Positions 33,901-43,769 are shown, counted from the first letter of the stretch. The stretch: DNA of 59,921 nt from Bacteroidales bacterium (GCA_016281255.1 JAEEIG010000055.1:1-59921), one strand, 5' to 3'. Notes: generated by a model from the letters alone, not told the origin. Made by a program: numbers and translations.

Positions 33901-36900
33901 ATCACGTCGGCATTGAATCCGTTAGACTCGATACGGCCGCTGTAATAGTAGGTGGTCGGAGCATAGACAGGATCCGTGGTGAAGGAGTTGCCCTCGGCAA
34001 ACGGCTCGCTGTCGCCGGCATTCTCATAGAAGTAGAAATGGTTCAGGACAGAAGCTCCCGGCGTCACCGTCTGGGTACCACCGTAAGGAACCGTGTAGCT
34101 CAACGGCTGCGGAGCGACCGGAAGTGCCGGGAAATACATGGATCCGTAGATGGTGTCGTTCAAGGTGTAAACCGGCATCGTGGGATCCACAGGCGTGGTG
34201 TAAATCATATATTGGTAGATGCGGTTCTGCGTAGTGGAACCCAAATCCATACCATTGTTGAACGTGATGGTGTCCTGAATCAATGAGGAGACCGGCTCGC
34301 TGATCAGGTTGACCCCGTTCACCGTCGCGGAACCCGTGAAGTGGGCGTTCAGATTGAACGTGCCTGCCGGGATCTGCGTGTTGGACGTGGTGTCCTGATT
34401 GGTGACGGAAACTCTCAGATTCGGACTCAATGAGGTCGCGCACTGATAGGAAACCGGATAGACCAATTCGTCGGTACTGAAATCATATTGAGGACTGAAA
34501 ACATTGATAATCACAGGAATACGTTTTGTAACACAGTTACTCTGCTGCGTTTTGCCGGACACCCAATAGACGATCGTGTCATACAAAGCAGGAGTGGTGT
34601 AATAGGGAGCAGCTGTCGTAGTCGTATGGAACGGGTTGGCATCGTCCTCCTGATAGTAGAAATAGTATTGCGTAATGTCGGACGGTCTGTCCGCCTGTGC
34701 CAAAATGGTGTAGTTCTGAGTGAAATTACCCGTATAGACAATGCTGTCCGGCAGATAAGCGGTACGGGTGGAAACGAAGTTACCCGTGATGGTGTCGTTA
34801 CCGGTATAGACAATCGTCTCGTTGTTCATGGTCGTGTAGATGACATAGTTGAACGTGATGTTCGCCGTCGGGGCGCTGAAGTCGAACGGGGTGGTGAACT
34901 CCACAATCTTGACTTCCTCGGAAGCGAAAGGCTCATCCACCGTATGGGTGACCTCGGTGCCGTTGAACAGCGCGTGAACCACCACTTTGTTGGCGGGAAT
35001 CGGAGTGTTCAACATGTTCTTGACCTGCACTTGGATATGTTCGTTGTAGAGTGCGCAGTTCGTCGTCGGGTAGAGCAGTTCTTGCGTCTCCACGTCATAG
35101 TCCGGAATGTCGGGCACGTGGATGTACATCGGGACCTTCTCACTACCGCAATCCAGGTTGGCTAGCGTGAAGCGCGTATTGATGCGTTTGCTCACATTGG
35201 TGTAGGCACCTGTCATGGCAGCGGCGTTGTTGCCCGACTTCTTCTGACAGAGCGTGCCCGTGGTGTTGGTCACATTGAAAGAAGGATAGCTGGCTGCACC
35301 GGAGACATACTGGCCGCAGTTGTTGCACTGGTTGCCAGTGCCGGTACAGTAGTCGGCGCAAAGGGTCTCCAAATAGACCACCAGGTTGCCGCTGTTGAAG
35401 TCAAACGGCGTCAACAGGTCGAAATAGAACCAGCCGGTATGGTCGAAGAAGACGCGATCGTCCAACACCAAAGTGGCGCCATTGATCTCGTCGTCCCAGT
35501 TCACTGCCGTGGAGGAGAAGACGTTTTCGTTCGTGCACTTCATGTAAATTCTCATCGGGATACCTTCTGAAGCGTTGGCATTGGACGCCGTCTTCACGCT
35601 GAAGGCGAACGAGGAGATGGTACCGTGGGTGCCCAACTCCTGCTCCAGATAGAGCATACGGCCTCTGGAATAACCGTTGGTGAAGGTGAACGGATCGGTG
35701 CCGGAGCCCGTGCCTGTGCCCACGATCACGTCATCCACCGTGCCGGGATTGGCCGTGACATAGTAGGTGGTGTCGAAATAGATGAGCGGAGTGGTATAGG
35801 TGGGACTGTAGCCCAACAGATTCCATGACTCGTAGCCCGTGTTCGTGTACCAGCCGATAACACCTTGAGGGATGGATGCCGGAAGCTGTGCCGACAAAGT
35901 AGCGGCGGTATGGTAGTTCACGATCACCGTGTCCTGGACAATGGGCTGGTTGGCCTTGCCCTTGGAGACCACCGTCTCGCTCAACGTGTCGTTGAAGGTC
36001 AAACGGTCTAACGGCAGCTTGGTAGCCCAAACCTTCACGGCATAGTTGTCGTCCACATTGATCTGATGGTTCGTGAAATCGTAAATGCTGTTGAAGGTGA
36101 AGACCACGGTCTCGTGGCTGCGCAGCGTGTCGGTGAAGTTCTCCGAAACAGGAGTGCCGTTGTTGATGGTGTAATGCAGCTGGATGGGCGGCACAATGTC
36201 GGTGGTGCCGTTGTTGGTGATTCTCACTTGGAGATGTTCATGGCCCAAGTCGCAGTTGGAGACCGGGTTCACCAGTTCCAGCAGCGCGACATCGTGGATA
36301 TAAGGCGTGTCCACCACGGCGCCGAGCATGAAGCGGCCGCTCAGCTGCGGCTCGTAGGTGCCGTTGTTCAGATAGTAGAACGTGGAATCGCGCAAGGGAG
36401 TCTCCACCTGGGCGCACAGATAGTTGCCGTGCGCGAGCATCTCAAGACCCACATAGACCTCACCCGTGCAGTTGGTCAGAGCGAAGTTGTGAATCGGGAT
36501 GATGTTCCATTGACCCTGCTGCAGCGTGCTGAAATCCACCAACTCGGAGGTGGCGAGCACGGTGCCGTCGGCATCCGCCACAAAGGCCTTGAAGCCGTTC
36601 TCAGGATCCGCGATATAGGTCTGGTCATAGTAATATTTCACGGCTGTGACGGCCAGTTCCTCGTTGAGTTTGTAACGTACGCAAGGACGGATGATGCTGT
36701 TGTAGTCGCCGATCAGCACAATGTCCGTGGTAGTGTCGGCGATGGTGGCGGCATTCTGGGTGGTCACCATGCGCCAATGCTTGGCGTTGTTGATATTGTT
36801 CTGGTCGTTGGCGGCGCGCACCTCCACATCTTTCACTTCCGCCACGTTGTAGTGGTGGTCGGGGAAGGTGACCAACGTCTCGGTGTTATACGGCAGGCTG

Positions 36901-39900
36901 GCGATGGTGACGGAATCGTGCCATTGCTCAGCGGCTCCCGTCACGTTCAAATAGACCTTCACGTTGCTCTGGGCCTGCGCACCTTCGTTCTTCACCAAGG
37001 CACTCACCACACCGCGCATCTCATACTCGGTGGGCGTCTCGCCGGCACCGTAGATCTTCGACACCGCAATGTCGTTGTCGTAGAGGTTTCTCACACGGAT
37101 ACGGTCGATGTTGATGTTGTTACCCGCTTTGGACTGCGCTTCGAATGCGATGTAGATACAACCTGCGGAGACGTAGTTGGACAAATCAAAGGTGTACAGT
37201 TGCCATTCCGGGGTGGTGGCCGTCGCTTTGTAACGTTTGAGAGGAGCCTCGGACTGGCCCTGGGCGGTCAAAGCGGTATAGGTGGTGCCACCGTTGGTGG
37301 AGACCTTCACCGTCACCTGATCGTTCTTGTTGTTGACGGCATTGTCGTGTGCAAACCAAACCTCCAGAATAGGATTGAAAGCGTTCGTCAGGGAGACCGG
37401 CGGCATGATGGCGCGTGAAGTGGTTCCGTTGACGAAAGTCTTGGAGTTGAAGAAGAGACGGCCCGTGCCATAGACCGGAGTGATGGTCGGGTTCGTGCCC
37501 GTGCCGTTCTGGAACGTCCAGTTACCGGCACCGGTCGTACCCACCTGCTCAATCGTCCAGGCTTGCTGAGTACCGTTGCTGAAGTCTTCCACATAGTCCG
37601 GAATGACCGCTTCCAAGGTGAAGTTGACGGACAATGTGTCGTTCAGGTGGTTGTTGTCGCCAGGGGTCGTCATCACAATCAGGAAGTCGATCGGCTGGTT
37701 GACCGGAATGACCACATTCTGGGAGAGCACCTTGTCAATGCTGGCCAATGCAGACACTGAACCAGTGTTCACCGTCACCGTCTGGTCCAGATTCAACGCC
37801 GCGGAATGCAACGTGACCGTGGCCGGGGTGCTGGAGAAGTTGATGGTCTCGGAACCCTTGTTCGTGATTTCCACCGTGATATTGTAAGAGCTCTGCGGAC
37901 ATTCACCCAACGCGGGGCTGACCAGTGCGGTCAAAGCAGCGTCCGTAGTCGGAATCTGGTCGGCGTAAGCACCCATGTAGGTCACCGATGAACGGTTGAG
38001 GCCGCGGATATCGGTCATGGCATCGGTGTTGCGCCAGCACTCCAGGTCAGTGAAGAGCGTCGGCAGCAAGCTTTGCGTGATGTCGGCGAAAGGAGGCAGG
38101 ATGCTGAAAGCGTCGGTGAGCGTGGTAATGGCTGTCAACAACTCCGGAATGGAGTTTCTGGCCACCGTCTTGAAGGCCACTACGCCGGAGAGAGAATTAA
38201 AGTCGTTATAACTACCTGTAACCGTGGAATTTGCATTCAAATACAACGGATAATCCGTATTGTCGGTGCAAACCACCTGGTTCATGAAAATATTATTGTA
38301 TATATAAGTATTGTTATTACCATTGGAGATATACAACGCCGCGGTGTTGCTGTAGGGAGCGTCGGACTTGACCAGCAAGCTGTTGTTCACCAAACGCAGG
38401 TTGTTGCTGTTGTTGATCTGCATGGCGTAGCTGTTGTTGGACGTGGCCGGATAGAGAATCACCTCGTTGTTGTAAAGATAACCCGTCATCGCGGAGGAAG
38501 AGGAGCTGTTGGTCACATAGATACCAGCCAGACCGTTGCCCACCTTGACATGGTTGTTACGGATGAAGTAGTCGCTTGTCGTGCCGTTGGTGAGATAAAT
38601 ACCGTATTCCAACTTGGTCACGGAATCCACCGTGTTGCCGTCGATGGCACCGCCGTAGAGGTAGTTCGCATGAATACCGGTGAAGTTCTGCGGATTGGTG
38701 GAAGCCACCTGCTTGAGATGGTTGTTGGAGATCGTACCCGTCCAGTAGTTGGTATAAATAGCTCTGTAGCAGGAGGTGATGTCGCAGTTGTCGATCAACA
38801 GGTTGTTTTTGCGGGCGGAAGAACCCACATAATGGATACCGAAGTTACCACCGGTGATGGTACAGTTCCGGAACTCGATGGTGTCGGGAATGGCGTTGGC
38901 GGCGGTGGTACGGCTGACGGCCGCACTGGTCGCGGCCGTGGAGTGGGTGTTGTGAGCCGTGATCAGACAGTTGTCGAACTGGATGTCCGTGCTACCGTTG
39001 CCACGCACGACCACCGCACGGGATGCCGCGGCATTGTCCTTGCCCTGGATGGTCAGGTTCTTGAATCTGTAATTCTTGACATTCACCAACGTGACCGCGC
39101 CGAAGACGTTGGCGCCTGCGTCGGTGCTGTTGTTCGTCAAGATGACCGTGTTCTTGTTGTCACCCTCGAAGGTGATGGTGTTCACCGCCGACTGACCGAT
39201 GTAGTTCTCGTCGAAGTTGAAACCGGTGTAGGTGCCGGGACGGAGATGGAAGGTGACCGGGCCGCCCAGACCGCAGTAGTTCAGCGACACCTTCGCGGCA
39301 TCCAAATCCACAAAATCGGGATTGGCACCGCCGATGGTATAGTGGCCGCTCATCAAACTGTCACAAGCGTAGGGTGAAATTCGGACGGTGTCGTTAGCAT
39401 GGTGCCCGTCGGCCTGTCCGTTACGCGTGGACACGCAAACCGTCACGTAGTTATAGCCATGTTGGGGCGTGAAGGTGCCCAACGGCAATGAATCCGGAAT
39501 GTCGAAGCAGATGTCGCCGGTCCAAGTGTAGGTGGCGTCATGGAACATGACACCGCTTTCATTCTTGACCATTATCCGGAAAGTACCCGACACCATGCTG
39601 TTGGCGGTGGGTGAATGCTGTGCGTCGCTTCGGTTGGTGAAATAGACCGTGACCGGCTGCGGCTGACCTGTGATCAGACAGTGCGGCATCGGGTTGACCG
39701 TATCCACCCTGACGTCGTTCTGGTAGATGTTGGGATAGTTGTGGTGGGCCACCAGGAAGGTGTCGAACTGGTCGGGGCTTCCGTGCGTGTCCTCCATGTA
39801 AATGTGGTAGTAAATCGTATCCTGATAACAGACGGCAGGCAAAGTCCACTGCGCCTGGATAGTATGTCCGTTGGCGTTCAGCACATTGCTGGTGAAGGCG

Positions 39901-40826
39901 CCGTCATTGGAAAGGTGCACCGTGTCGCCGCTGTTGATCTTGTACCAGCAAAGCACAAGGTTTTCCGCGATGGTGTCGTTGTCGAAAAGTTTCGCTTTGA
40001 TAGTATAAGGTCCCGGATTATTGGTGAAAGAGCTGTTGGTGTTGTAATAAAACGGGGGCTGCATGGTGATGGCGGGACGGATGAGCTCGCAGTTGGAAAG
40101 ACGGACCGTCAGGTTGTCGAGATACCAACCTGCGCAGTTCTGGGTACCGGAAGTGGACGGAGAGAGCTTGTTCAAACGGAACTGAATACGGAAGTGGGTC
40201 GGGAAGTTGCCGTTGGCGAAGACCAGGGAGGTGATGTCGAACATCTCGTGTTTCCACCAGGCGTTGGTAGGGGTGGCCGTGGTGGAGTTGGACTGCCATG
40301 TGGAGTAGCCATTGTCGGCAAAGGCACCGCCGGTGTAGTTGCCCGAGCCGTAGTACCACGGGCTGCTGCTGTTGAAGTTCATCAGCGACCACGGGCTCCA
40401 GAGCAGGTTGCCGTCCTCGTCAACGCCAGAGCTGACGGAATAGTAGATATTGGCACCGTCCAGCACGTTCACTTTGCAAATGTGGTCGAAATCCAAGTAA
40501 ACATGGTTCACATCCACACCCGGGGAGGTCAACGGGATGGCCGGCGAGGTACACTGAGAGGTGTTGGTCGCGGAATAGACCGGAGAGTGGTACGATTGCG
40601 GGGATGTCTGGAACAGCTGGAGGTTGTTCCAGTTATCGTAGGTGATGCCCGTACCGACAACACGCCAGTCGCCGCCTGCCCCGCCTAAGCTCGGGGAGTT
40701 CTGCGTAGTCATCTGTTGGGTGGCCCCATCGAAGTTCTCGCTGAAAATAGTGACATAATTCATGGGCTGCGCTTTCACCAAAAACGGCATCGCGGCAACC
40801 ATCAAAAAGAGTAACAGCTTTTTCAT
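30918..40826 (-). CDS. giant T9SS-secreted surface protein (3302 aa): right-handed beta-helix, multiple CARDB-like Ig modules, MAM/choice-of-anchor-like modules, GEVED-like domain, type A Por secretion-tail CTD
   Basis: Signal peptide MKKLLLFLMVAAMPFLVKAQ. Beta-helix repeats at ~aa 575-875 (NLTIQGKDN..., FDNCLITAHN, FRNCTITGGN, IDNCDITS). At least six CARDB-like starts (HDVALLELVNP.., YDVETQELLYP.., HDVGVVAISAP..). GEVED-like ...MTRMRVICA...EGETEDYSVLL. C-terminus ...LAVGIYYYTIHYKDITLTKKMVVEK. Confidence 0.95.
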   Translation of the reverse strand: MKKLLLFLMVAAMPFLVKAQPMNYVTIFSENFDGATQQMTTQNSPSLGGAGGDWRVVGTGITYDNWNNLQLFQTSPQSYHSPVYSATNTSQCTSPAIPLTSPGVDVNHVYLDFDHICKVNVLDGANIYYSVSSGVDEDGNLLWSPWSLMNFNSSSPWYYGSGNYTGGAFADNGYSTWQSNSTTATPTNAWWKHEMFDITSLVFANGNFPTHFRIQFRLNKLSPSTSGTQNCAGWYLDNLTVRLSNCELIRPAITMQPPFYYNTNSSFTNNPGPYTIKAKLFDNDTIAENLVLCWYKINSGDTVHLSNDGAFTSNVLNANGHTIQAQWTLPAVCYQDTIYYHIYMEDTHGSPDQFDTFLVAHHNYPNIYQNDVRVDTVNPMPHCLITGQPQPVTVYFTNRSDAQHSPTANSMVSGTFRIMVKNESGVMFHDATYTWTGDICFDIPDSLPLGTFTPQHGYNYVTVCVSTRNGQADGHHANDTVRISPYACDSLMSGHYTIGGANPDFVDLDAAKVSLNYCGLGGPVTFHLRPGTYTGFNFDENYIGQSAVNTITFEGDNKNTVILTNNSTDAGANVFGAVTLVNVKNYRFKNLTIQGKDNAAASRAVVVRGNGSTDIQFDNCLITAHNTHSTAATSAAVSRTTAANAIPDTIEFRNCTITGGNFGIHYVGSSARKNNLLIDNCDITSCYRAIYTNYWTGTISNNHLKQVASTNPQNFTGIHANYLYGGAIDGNTVDSVTKLEYGIYLTNGTTSDYFIRNNHVKVGNGLAGIYVTNSSSSSAMTGYLYNNEVILYPATSNNSYAMQINNSNNLRLVNNSLLVKSDAPYSNTAALYISNGNNNTYIYNNIFMNQVVCTDNTDYPLYLNANSTVTGSYNDFNSLSGVVAFKTVARNSIPELLTAITTLTDAFSILPPFADITQSLLPTLFTDLECWRNTDAMTDIRGLNRSSVTYMGAYADQIPTTDAALTALVSPALGECPQSSYNITVEITNKGSETINFSSTPATVTLHSAALNLDQTVTVNTGSVSALASIDKVLSQNVVIPVNQPIDFLIVMTTPGDNNHLNDTLSVNFTLEAVIPDYVEDFSNGTQQAWTIEQVGTTGAGNWTFQNGTGTNPTITPVYGTGRLFFNSKTFVNGTTSRAIMPPVSLTNAFNPILEVWFAHDNAVNNKNDQVTVKVSTNGGTTYTALTAQGQSEAPLKRYKATATTPEWQLYTFDLSNYVSAGCIYIAFEAQSKAGNNINIDRIRVRNLYDNDIAVSKIYGAGETPTEYEMRGVVSALVKNEGAQAQSNVKVYLNVTGAAEQWHDSVTIASLPYNTETLVTFPDHHYNVAEVKDVEVRAANDQNNINNAKHWRMVTTQNAATIADTTTDIVLIGDYNSIIRPCVRYKLNEELAVTAVKYYYDQTYIADPENGFKAFVADADGTVLATSELVDFSTLQQGQWNIIPIHNFALTNCTGEVYVGLEMLAHGNYLCAQVETPLRDSTFYYLNNGTYEPQLSGRFMLGAVVDTPYIHDVALLELVNPVSNCDLGHEHLQVRITNNGTTDIVPPIQLHYTINNGTPVSENFTDTLRSHETVVFTFNSIYDFTNHQINVDDNYAVKVWATKLPLDRLTFNDTLSETVVSKGKANQPIVQDTVIVNYHTAATLSAQLPASIPQGVIGWYTNTGYESWNLLGYSPTYTTPLIYFDTTYYVTANPGTVDDVIVGTGTGSGTDPFTFTNGYSRGRMLYLEQELGTHGTISSFAFSVKTASNANASEGIPMRIYMKCTNENVFSSTAVNWDDEINGATLVLDDRVFFDHTGWFYFDLLTPFDFNSGNLVVYLETLCADYCTGTGNQCNNCGQYVSGAASYPSFNVTNTTGTLCQKKSGNNAAAMTGAYTNVSKRINTRFTLANLDCGSEKVPMYIHVPDIPDYDVETQELLYPTTNCALYNEHIQVQVKNMLNTPIPANKVVVHALFNGTEVTHTVDEPFASEEVKIVEFTTPFDFSAPTANITFNYVIYTTMNNETIVYTGNDTITGNFVSTRTAYLPDSIVYTGNFTQNYTILAQADRPSDITQYYFYYQEDDANPFHTTTTAAPYYTTPALYDTIVYWVSGKTQQSNCVTKRIPVIINVFSPQYDFSTDELVYPVSYQCATSLSPNLRVSVTNQDTTSNTQIPAGTFNLNAHFTGSATVNGVNLISEPVSSLIQDTITFNNGMDLGSTTQNRIYQYMIYTTPVDPTMPVYTLNDTIYGSMYFPALPVAPQPLSYTVPYGGTQTVTPGASVLNHFYFYENAGDSEPFAEGNSFTTDPVYAPTTYYYSGRIESNGFNADVIAGTGNNTSQSNAAPFTLTNGHSYAKILYNSDDFNHAEGRIDSIYLQVCTAENNGVGIPMKFWLANTNDAQAIATGSTQINWANETANATLVFDGEMVLDHTGWIGFAVNGGFDYTGGGLYLYAEHNCGDASCVTNYGINPAPKFTNTQMANNAKKVLTKAQNTPLTAATSFSLSGYRVNTKFKVNYTCESPKATITLNTTVPQHDVGVVAISAPVTQSNSYSANETVTVTIENFGAQAASNFPVSYQLDNGAPVTENYTGSLAPGATATKTFTNNADLTSVYFNTPFRAYTGLTSDGYHNNDTTTIYLSKEDPCPSRPLSTADGAHISNVTFAALNNGTAAPYLNHPVAPGNGMYSDYTQSVAPVELILGQEYFLSITHAFTGTATKTVYKRAYIDYNRDGIFQETEAIFASAAIPAGDTNATTATYVNVPVNATLGMTRMRVICAATNSFTPCSFYNAEGETEDYSVLLNSPMEIDLGIPSVLHPVGDVCADANANIRVNVRNYGTQTQTLGMDNPMTVTATVTGAVPGTYTKTVESGSIAPNAEMTVVIPNIDLSAVGNYNVSFQLTYASDQYLTNNTRSSNAVVSSNTVSQLPFVESFLPQGTDPSNPQLPGDWEVTQSAANYFWHETVGASQNSATGGGPAHDHTYAGTYQEDFGGYASVNGVNGNGNQNKWTSLTSGCINMHYSDIYPAELNFYKYFAGPANADFEMRVEMGSGAYFQTVDTLSKADGGQTGSTDVWTPHLIVLHSVDEVARLRFTITGQRNKIDPSIDDINLVIGQPDMAVNRVVYPEDKSVTDECLQVNSVINPVIELYNNGNSAVQEFYVVFNVGTGNDIMTDTQFVAHHMLPGDTMIYTSVNDFVVTNLTTNWEVKATVIIPNDKNIYNNTKRNLSCTNVGLPDYENEANVYLGQNEPNPAITTTRIPYSLPEAGKVTLEVSTTLGQVIYTDVQEAEQGLNYFEMKTSDLAVGIYYYTIHYKDITLTKKMVVEK

Positions 40827-40975
40827 ATTTTTACTTTTTTTATCTTTCTAAATTATTAATAATCAAACTACTAAGCCGTCATTCCTCCGATTGGGAGGGT
40901 GTGGCGGCCCTATCTGCACACCATACGTGAAAAACCAGACCGAAGCTGATTAACACTAATATACAAATAAGGGGG

Positions 40976-40983
40976 CAAAGATA
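40976..40983 (-). promoter_or_regulatory. -7 promoter box TATCTTTG for the giant adhesin gene
   Basis: The plus strand reads caaagata, a perfect TAnnTTTG on the minus strand. It gives a leader of ~140 nt. Confidence 0.55.
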
Positions 40984-41022
40984 TAAAAATATTTGGAATA
41001 TTGCGGTGAAAAAAAACTTTTT

Positions 41023-41982
41023 TTAACCGCGCAAAATATCTTCGCATTCGGCGATGGTCTGGGCGGCCATCAGCCGGATTTTTTTCGGTTTGAAATTGGA
41101 AACGCCACGGAAGTAGCCGGAATAGAGCGTCCGCATCTCCAGCACAGCCGCACGCTCGCCCTTCACGCGCTCGTTTTCGCGCAAATGGCGCATCACCAGC
41201 GAGACCCGCTCTTCATAGGTGGGCGTCTCGCAAGGCTCATGGTTCAGCAAGCACTTGATCTGGCGGAAGATCCAGGGATTGCCGATGGCGGCACGACCGA
41301 TCATGACGGCATCCACCCCGTACCGTTCCTTGTACTCGAAGGCTTTTTCCGCGCTGTTGATGTCACCGTTGCCGATCACGGGGATCCGCATCCGCGGATT
41401 GTCCTTCACCTCGCCGATCAACGTCCAGTCCGCCTCGCCGCCATATTGCTGCGCGCGAGTGCGCCCGTGTATGGCAATCGCTTGGATGCCGACATCCTGC
41501 AGGCGTTCCGCGACCTCCACAATGGGTTTGTCCGCACTCTCCCACCCCAGACGCGTCTTCACGGTCACGGGAAGGTCAACCGACTTGACCACCGCGGCGG
41601 TGAGGCGCACCATCTTGGGGATGTCCTGGAGGATAGCCGCCCCCGCGCCCTTGCTCACGATCTTCTTCACCGGGCAGCCCCAGTTGATGTCGATGAAGTC
41701 CGGCCTCTGCGCCGCGGCGAACTGCGCCGCCGACACCAGCGCCTCTTCGTGGCTGCCGAAAATCTGCACCCCGAAAGGCCGCTCGTCCTCCAAAAACTCC
41801 ATCTTACGGATGCTTTTCTCCACCTCGCGCGACAACGCATCCGAAGAGATGAACTCCGAAATCACCACATCCGCGCCGTATTCCTTGCAAATACAACGGA
41901 ACCCCCGGTCCGTCACCCCCTCCATCGGGGCCAAATAGACCGGAAAGTCGAATCGGTGCAGTATCTCGTGAATCTTTGTCAT
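41023..41982 (-). CDS. dusB: tRNA-dihydrouridine synthase
   Basis: ...VYLAPMEGVTDRGFRCICKEYGADVVISEF...INWGCPVKKIV...AIHGRT is a typical Dus TIM-barrel signature. Confidence 0.9.
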   Translation of the reverse strand: MTKIHEILHRFDFPVYLAPMEGVTDRGFRCICKEYGADVVISEFISSDALSREVEKSIRKMEFLEDERPFGVQIFGSHEEALVSAAQFAAAQRPDFIDINWGCPVKKIVSKGAGAAILQDIPKMVRLTAAVVKSVDLPVTVKTRLGWESADKPIVEVAERLQDVGIQAIAIHGRTRAQQYGGEADWTLIGEVKDNPRMRIPVIGNGDINSAEKAFEYKERYGVDAVMIGRAAIGNPWIFRQIKCLLNHEPCETPTYEERVSLVMRHLRENERVKGERAAVLEMRTLYSGYFRGVSNFKPKKIRLMAAQTIAECEDILRG

Positions 41983-41993
41983 TTTTTGGGCGG

Positions 41994-42001
41994 CAAAAAT
42001 A
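41994..42001 (-). promoter_or_regulatory. -7 promoter box TATTTTTG for dusB
   Basis: The plus strand reads caaaaata, 12 nt upstream of ATG 41982. Confidence 0.5.
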
Positions 42002-42008
42002 AATTTTT

Positions 42009-42016
42009 TATCTTTG
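42009..42016 (+). promoter_or_regulatory. -7 promoter box TATCTTTG for the 42065 gene and folD
   Basis: Perfect TAnnTTTG match, 49 nt upstream of ATG 42065. Confidence 0.55.
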
Positions 42017-42064
42017 CAGCCTCTTTTGAATCGAGTATAATTTTAAAAAAAAACAATAGCAATT

Positions 42065-42814
42065 ATGATGAAAAAAATCTTAGTTTTAGTGGTTATGGCA
42101 AGCGCATTTTTCTCATTATCAGCGCAAAAAGTCAACGAGACCGTGGTTCTTTACGGCAAAGAACAGATCAAAGGCTTCACCATCAACATCTATGACAACT
42201 CTTCTGACATTGTGGAAGGAGCCCTGGCCGACAAGTTCGAAACCTATTACAAACTGAAAGGCTCCAAGAAAAAAGGCTACCACGTGTACGAAAACCAGAC
42301 ATGCGACGCCTTCGGAGACGCCCGCTACGACATCTATTTCACCACGACGGAAGTGGGAAAGAAGAAGGACAAAACCACCCAAGTGGTCCTGGTGGTATCC
42401 ACGGGCAACCTCAACTGCATCACCTTCGCCAACGACCCCCGCTCCTCCCGCAACATCGTCGCCTTCCTGGAGAACCTGAACAAAGACATTGAGGCCTACA
42501 AAATCAAACTGCGCATCGAGGAACTGAGAAACAACCTCAACAGCCTCAACAAAGACCGCCAGTCCCTGCTCAAGGAACAGACCAAGCTGCAAGAGAAACG
42601 GAATGCCACCGACGAAGAGGTCAAAAGCCTGACCCAACAAATCGAGCAAGCCACCTCTCCAGAGGAGAAAGAACCCCTCCAGAAAAACCTCAAATCAGCG
42701 CAAAAATCCCTGCAGAACCTGGAAGAGAAACTCTATAAGATCGGCGTCAAATTGGAGACAAACCAGAAGGACACCGACTCCGCCCAAAAAGAGCTGGATT
42801 CACTCACCAAGTAA
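42065..42814 (+). CDS. secreted hypothetical protein with C-terminal coiled coil
   Basis: Signal peptide MMKKILVLVVMASAFFSLSAQ. A ~130-aa globular part is followed by a heptad-rich K/E/Q/L tail (LRIEELRNNLNSLNKDRQSLLKEQTKLQEKR...). Confidence 0.8.
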   Translation: MMKKILVLVVMASAFFSLSAQKVNETVVLYGKEQIKGFTINIYDNSSDIVEGALADKFETYYKLKGSKKKGYHVYENQTCDAFGDARYDIYFTTTEVGKKKDKTTQVVLVVSTGNLNCITFANDPRSSRNIVAFLENLNKDIEAYKIKLRIEELRNNLNSLNKDRQSLLKEQTKLQEKRNATDEEVKSLTQQIEQATSPEEKEPLQKNLKSAQKSLQNLEEKLYKIGVKLETNQKDTDSAQKELDSLTK

Positions 42815-42841
42815 TTCATTCACCTAATCGTCATTGAGATC

Positions 42842-43714
42842 ATGGCTACCATCATCGACGGCAAAATGATTTCCGACACCATCAAAACGGAAATCGCCAC
42901 ATCTGTCAAAGAATTGTTGGACAAAGGCTTGCGCGCGCCGCATCTGGCCGCGATCATCGCAGGCGACGACGGTGCCGCGCTCAGCTACGTCAGCAGCATC
43001 GAAAAACAGTGCAAAGGGGTCGGCTTCATGTCGTCGGTTTACCACCTGTCGGCCAACATCCCCGAGGAGGAGTTCCTCGGCACCATCGACTTCCTCAACC
43101 AGGACGAGGAGATTGACGGCTACATCATCCAGATGCCGCTGCCGAAGCATATCTCCATCGACAAGGTGACCGCACACGTGAGTCCCGAGAAGGACATGGA
43201 CTGTTTCCATCCCGAGAACATGGGCAACCTGCTGTTGGGCAAAGACTGCTATCTGCCCGCCACCCCCCACGGGGTCATGGAGCTGATCCAGCGCAGCAAC
43301 ATCGAGACGAAAGGCAAAAACTGCGTGATTGTGGGACGCAGCAACATCGTTGGCAAGCCCCTGGCCATGTTGATGCTACAGAAGAGCGTCAACGCCACGG
43401 TCACCGTGTGCCACAGCCACACCCAAAACCTGCCGCAGGTGTGCCGCCGCGCCGACATCCTCATCGTGGCCATCGGCCAGCCCGAGATGATCACCGCCGA
43501 GTATGTGAAGGAGGGCGCCACCGTCATCGACGTCGGCATCCACCGCCTCAACGCGCCCGACCAACCCAAAGGCTACCGCCTCTGCGGCGACGTGCTCTTC
43601 GACGAGGTCTCCAAAGTCTGCGGGGCCATCACCCCCACCCCCGGCGGCACCGGCGCCATGACCACCGCATGCCTCCTGCAGAACACCCTCAAGGCCCGAA
43701 TGAAAAAACTGTAA
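42842..43714 (+). CDS. folD: bifunctional methylenetetrahydrofolate dehydrogenase/cyclohydrolase
   Basis: MATIIDGKMISDTIK...YIIQMPLPKHI...PATPHGVMELI...VIVGRSNIVGKPLAMLM...TPTPGGTG. Confidence 0.95.
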   Translation: MATIIDGKMISDTIKTEIATSVKELLDKGLRAPHLAAIIAGDDGAALSYVSSIEKQCKGVGFMSSVYHLSANIPEEEFLGTIDFLNQDEEIDGYIIQMPLPKHISIDKVTAHVSPEKDMDCFHPENMGNLLLGKDCYLPATPHGVMELIQRSNIETKGKNCVIVGRSNIVGKPLAMLMLQKSVNATVTVCHSHTQNLPQVCRRADILIVAIGQPEMITAEYVKEGATVIDVGIHRLNAPDQPKGYRLCGDVLFDEVSKVCGAITPTPGGTGAMTTACLLQNTLKARMKKL

Positions 43715-43739
43715 TCGAAAAATATCGCGTTATCCCGCG

Positions 43740-43769
43740 CAGGGGCGTATCGCATACGCCCCTGTTTTT
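43740..43769. terminator. R2-family palindrome acting as a terminator between convergent folD and the addB-like gene
   Basis: CAGGGGCGTAT-CGC-ATACGCCCCTG forms an 11-bp stem followed by TTTTTA on the plus strand. Confidence 0.8.
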
